Below are positions 60,175-64,000 of a DNA stretch of 64,000 nt, one piece after another (within the stretch, counting starts at the first letter, position 1; each line of letters opens with the position of its first letter). The stretch lies in contig JAKADM010000004.1 in assembly GCA_021820525.1 (NCBI GenBank), positions 45,318 through 109,317 on the forward strand. The letters are read 5' to 3'. Both the position numbers and the translations under genes were made by a program. The notes under the pieces are model-generated. The model saw only the letters and a list, made by a program, of their open reading frames with translations, was not told the origin of the DNA and did not search any database. Source of the DNA: Thermoplasmata archaeon. GTDB lineage: Archaea > Thermoplasmatota > Thermoplasmata > Thermoplasmatales > Thermoplasmataceae.

Positions 60175-61776
60175 ATGAAGAATCTTTTGAAACTGATTCT
60201 CAACGATTTGAGGTATATGGGCAGAAAGAAGATAATATCAATTGTTCTCATTTCTTTCCTTATCTTTGCACCCTTTATGGCATTAATTAATGGTCAAACC
60301 CATGAACTGCCAGCACACAATTATTATCTTGTTGAGGATATAACTCCCTATGATTTATCAAACCTCTCCCTCAACATTGACAACATGAATTATGCCTACG
60401 GTTCTATGAATTTTAAGGGATTCATCCTTGACCAGTACCTTCAACCCCTGAGAAATAAAACAGTTGCTATGGAAATAAATTGCAGTTCCATCAATGAAGT
60501 TAAGCATTTTAAAACAAACAGCCAGGGTTTTTTTTCAGTAAATTTAACTGGAGTGACAAACTTTAATCCCTTTAACCTGTTTGGTTTTTATCAGGGAGAA
60601 AATCCGATTAAATTTCATGTAACCGACGTAACAGGGTCACAATCGGACACCATTCATACTGAAATCAAATCACCCTCTCAATCGCCCAGTCTGAATACCT
60701 CATCCATTATCCCGGGAAAATATAGGCTTCCCTATGGTTCTGGCACTTTATCCATGACCATGCTTCCCTATTACAATCTTGGTCTGTATGGTCAGGTCCC
60801 GGTGTTTTACAATGCAGGTTCCAAACCAGTAAACATTACGGTGAGCGCAGTCTCCACCATAAATCCAAAGGATGTTAAAAATACAACACCTTTCAAGGTA
60901 GAAATTATGCCTGGGGTGTTATCTGAACCATTTTCATATAATGAGGTTCTATCTTTCAATCAATATGGCAACATCAAGGTGGAAATTAATGGATTAGATT
61001 ATGGCCTTTATGCCGTACCTGGCGCAGGAAATAACAATGTGCCTAGTTTCTTCGTATCCCCACTACCCGTATTCGCTTATATACTGGGATTGATTGGAGT
61101 ATCCTCAGTTGTTCTAACTGTTGTGAGCAGCATTTATAACCTGCCTGAAAGGGAAATATATCTTTCCCTTCCATTGAAAAGGAGAAATTTGATCTTTTCC
61201 AGGATTGTTGCAGGGCTGTCAGTAAGTCTGTTCGCTACAGCATTTGGAATATTCATAGATGATGGGCTTGGGTTCATCTTTTACCATAACTACATTGGGC
61301 TGTACCCTTCGATTACGGGCTTACTGGATGTATTAGCATTATTCTTGCTTTCGGTTCCCATATTTTTGTTCCTGGAATCAAAAAAGAATGTTTCATCGGG
61401 GTTCAGAACACTACTTTTACTATTTTTTACATTCATTTTACCCATAATATTAAGTTTTATGATATTCGTTCTGGATAGCAAAATACTGGGTAGTTTTTAT
61501 ATCATGCCGCCTCAAAATTCTCTGATTCAACCTTTTGCAAGCCGTGTGGCAGAAATTAACCTGATTCTCAGTGCCATACCCTTCTCTTCCCCCCTTGTGT
61601 TGATGGAATACTTCTCATATTCACCCTTCGCATTCGTTCCTGGAAGTGGTTTCTTCGTGCCAATGTATAACCACAGGTCACTGCTTTTAATGTCGCCTTT
61701 AATCATATATCCTTTCCTTTTTATATGGTTCGGTATAATCACATTTTTTTCAATCAGGAGGTACGAAAGAAATTAA
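60175..61776 (+). CDS. ABC-permease-like membrane protein with a large extracellular loop
   Basis: YLSLPLKRRNLIFSRI is typical of ABC-2 permeases; N-terminal TM and ~5 C-terminal TMs. Confidence 0.7.
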   Translation: MKNLLKLILNDLRYMGRKKIISIVLISFLIFAPFMALINGQTHELPAHNYYLVEDITPYDLSNLSLNIDNMNYAYGSMNFKGFILDQYLQPLRNKTVAMEINCSSINEVKHFKTNSQGFFSVNLTGVTNFNPFNLFGFYQGENPIKFHVTDVTGSQSDTIHTEIKSPSQSPSLNTSSIIPGKYRLPYGSGTLSMTMLPYYNLGLYGQVPVFYNAGSKPVNITVSAVSTINPKDVKNTTPFKVEIMPGVLSEPFSYNEVLSFNQYGNIKVEINGLDYGLYAVPGAGNNNVPSFFVSPLPVFAYILGLIGVSSVVLTVVSSIYNLPEREIYLSLPLKRRNLIFSRIVAGLSVSLFATAFGIFIDDGLGFIFYHNYIGLYPSITGLLDVLALFLLSVPIFLFLESKKNVSSGFRTLLLLFFTFILPIILSFMIFVLDSKILGSFYIMPPQNSLIQPFASRVAEINLILSAIPFSSPLVLMEYFSYSPFAFVPGSGFFVPMYNHRSLLLMSPLIIYPFLFIWFGIITFFSIRRYERN

Positions 61777-61946
61777 ACGGCGCGTTAAATTCAATTTTTG
61801 AAGATTCTTCTATCCTTCCTGTTTTTATCAGGATCAAGTCAAATATTTCTATTAAAAATATTTTTTATCAAGAATATAAGAACGGATAATTTCTGCCCTT
61901 TTAGTTTCACGTTTTTTCAATACGTACAATCATTTATCCTGTCTTC

Positions 61947-62136
61947 TTACCATAAAATTGTGAAATCATTCCTCATGCATCCCCTCACCTTAAATTCTTT
62001 ATAACTAATTCCAGGGGTAATAATATTTTCCCCTCCTCCTTTTGATATTCCTATCCGTGTTTGCATGAATACATTCCGCATGGCCATATATGATCTTCAC
62101 ATCCCTGTCTTCATCATTGAAAAAAGCTAACTCCAT
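61947..62136 (-). pseudogene. Eroded fragment resembling the PolB2 motif C to KVRG region
   Basis: KIIYGHAECI, YYPW and EFKVRGCMR occur in the same order as polB2 KIIHGIVDSL, HYPW and EFKVRGIAMR. 61984-61997 is identical (14 nt) to the reverse complement of 51018-51031. Confidence 0.5.
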
Positions 62137-62218
62137 CAATTTTTATGGATAAGTAAAGGATATAATTTGAATCAGTGTAACTATTTTAAGAAGAAGACTC
62201 TTTCCTTGATGGTTAGAA

Positions 62219-63595
62219 TCAATCTGTTCCCTTTATCCAGGGCTTCTCATCTAAAATCTTCCTTACTTCTGAACTGATTGACCTGCCGCAGTCAACATAA
62301 TTGAAAGGCATGGCCTCTCTTCTGACTATTATGTCATCGGGATAAATGGCACATTCATAATCCCTTTCATATCTGTAAAGATCCTTTCCCTGAAGATTGG
62401 GCCTTCTGTATGAAATCTCCGGCATTCCCTTAATTTTAATTCTTTTGCCTGATATCTTTTCATAGATTTTTCCAACCTTTCTGGACACAGAACGGTAGTT
62501 TGTCAATTTTCCTCCAAAAACATTGATAAATCTCCCACTGGTCTTTATTACAAACCCTCTGGAAATTGATCCGGGCTCGTCACTTTCCCCATAAAGAGGT
62601 CTTATGCCAGCATAGGCATATGTTATGTCGCTTTCCCTCAGATTGGGAAAGAGCCTCACTGCACTTTCGATTATATATTTTATATCCTCTGAATTTATCT
62701 TAAAATCATCAGGGCTTTCCACAAACCTGTCTGTTGTCCCAATGATTGTAACCTCCCCCCTTGGAACTGCAAACATCTGCCTTCTGTCAATGTGTGATCT
62801 GAAAACAATGGAATCCTTTGAGTTTATTATTTGAGATGGAACAACTATATGTATCCCCTTACTCAATTTAAGCCGGGATTCAGTAATGTCCCTTTCCATA
62901 TTTTCAATCAGGCCAGACCATGGCCCTGCCCCATTGATCAGATGTTTTCCAGTGACATTATGTTCTGTATTCATGATTCTGTCTCTGAATTTAACCGAGA
63001 TACTATCTTCAGATTCAGTTATGTTTAAAGCCTCACAGTAGTTAAGGCAGATTGCACCATGTTTTACGGCAGATGCAATATTGTATATGACAAGTTTTGT
63101 ATCATCCGTCCAGGCGTCACTGTAATTAAAATATCCCTTAATGTCCTTTCCATACTGTCCCTTATTTTTGATAAATCTTGGAATCCGTGGGGATCCGCTA
63201 AGAATATTATATACAAATATGCCTGCTCTGAGGGTGAATTTTTTCCATGAATACTTATCCACAAGAATCCTAAAATTCATCCATTTTACAATATCCGTAT
63301 TTTTTACAAGATAGTTCCTTTCCCTTAGAAGATCCCTGACCTCTCCTATTTCAAAATTGGCAAGATATCTTATGCCCCCATGCACCAGTTTCGTTGAGCC
63401 AGAACTTGTTCCAGAGGCAAAGTCGTTTTTCTCAAGGAGAAGGCATTTTATCCCGTTCTCAGAAAGAATGTTTGCAATTCCTGCCCCGGTTATTCCGCCC
63501 CCTATGATCACCACATCAATCTGTGAGTTATCTAAATCTCTGATCCACTGGAGCCTCCTTTCAAAATCGAATTTAGAATCCCCATTGTTTTCCAA
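62219..63595 (-). CDS. glpD: FAD-dependent glycerol-3-phosphate dehydrogenase/oxidase
   Basis: IGGGITGAG, GTSSGSTKLVHGGIRYL, GTTD, AGIRPL, GGKLTNYR. Confidence 0.92.
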   Translation of the reverse strand: MENNGDSKFDFERRLQWIRDLDNSQIDVVIIGGGITGAGIANILSENGIKCLLLEKNDFASGTSSGSTKLVHGGIRYLANFEIGEVRDLLRERNYLVKNTDIVKWMNFRILVDKYSWKKFTLRAGIFVYNILSGSPRIPRFIKNKGQYGKDIKGYFNYSDAWTDDTKLVIYNIASAVKHGAICLNYCEALNITESEDSISVKFRDRIMNTEHNVTGKHLINGAGPWSGLIENMERDITESRLKLSKGIHIVVPSQIINSKDSIVFRSHIDRRQMFAVPRGEVTIIGTTDRFVESPDDFKINSEDIKYIIESAVRLFPNLRESDITYAYAGIRPLYGESDEPGSISRGFVIKTSGRFINVFGGKLTNYRSVSRKVGKIYEKISGKRIKIKGMPEISYRRPNLQGKDLYRYERDYECAIYPDDIIVRREAMPFNYVDCGRSISSEVRKILDEKPWIKGTD

Positions 63596-63709
63596 TGCTA
63601 CCCCGACCCAATCCTATTTAAAGATATTATTTTATTGAAACTTCACAACGGGATAAATGAGGAAGAAAACAACGTTGTATTTTAAAATATAATTTGAGAT
63701 ACGGTTATT

Positions 63710-64000
63710 ATGAATTTCAAGATGATTGGCCACAGGGGCAACCCCTCAGAGAAGCCAGAAAATACAATGGCATCCTTTCACAGTGCATATGAGTGTGGGG
63801 CTTATGCAATAGAAACAGATATACAGATCACAAAGGATGGAAAAATAGTGATTTTCCATGACGACAGTATGGAAAGGCTTACTGGTAAAAAATGCTCTGT
63901 TCACGATCTTAATCTAAGGGAAATTAAGGAGTTGAGAGTGCTGGATACAGATCAGCAGGTACCTGATCTGGAAGAGTTTATGGATCAATTCAGGGGAAAG
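63710..64000 (+). CDS. Glycerophosphodiester phosphodiesterase (5' part, runs off the window)
   Basis: Manual translation: MNFKMIGHRGNPSEKPENTMASF..IETDIQITKDGKIVIFHD. Confidence 0.92.
   Translation, partial: MNFKMIGHRGNPSEKPENTMASFHSAYECGAYAIETDIQITKDGKIVIFHDDSMERLTGKKCSVHDLNLREIKELRVLDTDQQVPDLEEFMDQFRGK

Noticed and set aside
1-64000. CRISPR arrays, tRNA or rRNA genes, prophage or defence genes
   Set aside because: No regularly spaced repeats, tRNA arms or hallmark proteins were recognised by eye; small RNAs could have been missed

Overview
Chromosomal segment of an archaeon, most likely Thermoplasmatales. This is inferred from GGTGA-type RBSs, TATA promoters with apparently leaderless starts, deoxyhypusine synthase, Dph2, Cdc6, PolB2, XPB-Bax1, a GDGT ring synthase-like enzyme and a stand-alone rps12-rps7 pair. 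The first ~11.2 kb is an AT-rich surface-glycosylation island. It holds two GT4 genes and a tight four-gene operon (KdsD-like isomerase, nucleotidyltransferase-kinase fusion, HAD phosphatase, GT9-like transferase) among decayed IS3 and IS256 copies, including an IS3 nested inside an IS256. The rest is mostly core or metabolic. The strongest candidates for undescribed biology are: (1) a divergent sat/APS-reductase/ComA sulfonate module whose ComA carries a C-terminal winged helix; (2) the predicted NDP-pentose (arabinose-type) operon; (3) a PolB2 cassette converging on a grs-cdc6 operon; (4) several non-coding signals: a 142-bp IS256 MITE, an adjacent rod-like RNA candidate and tandem palindromic operators. 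No rRNA, tRNA or CRISPR array was recognised. All calls come from motif recognition by eye; no searches were run.
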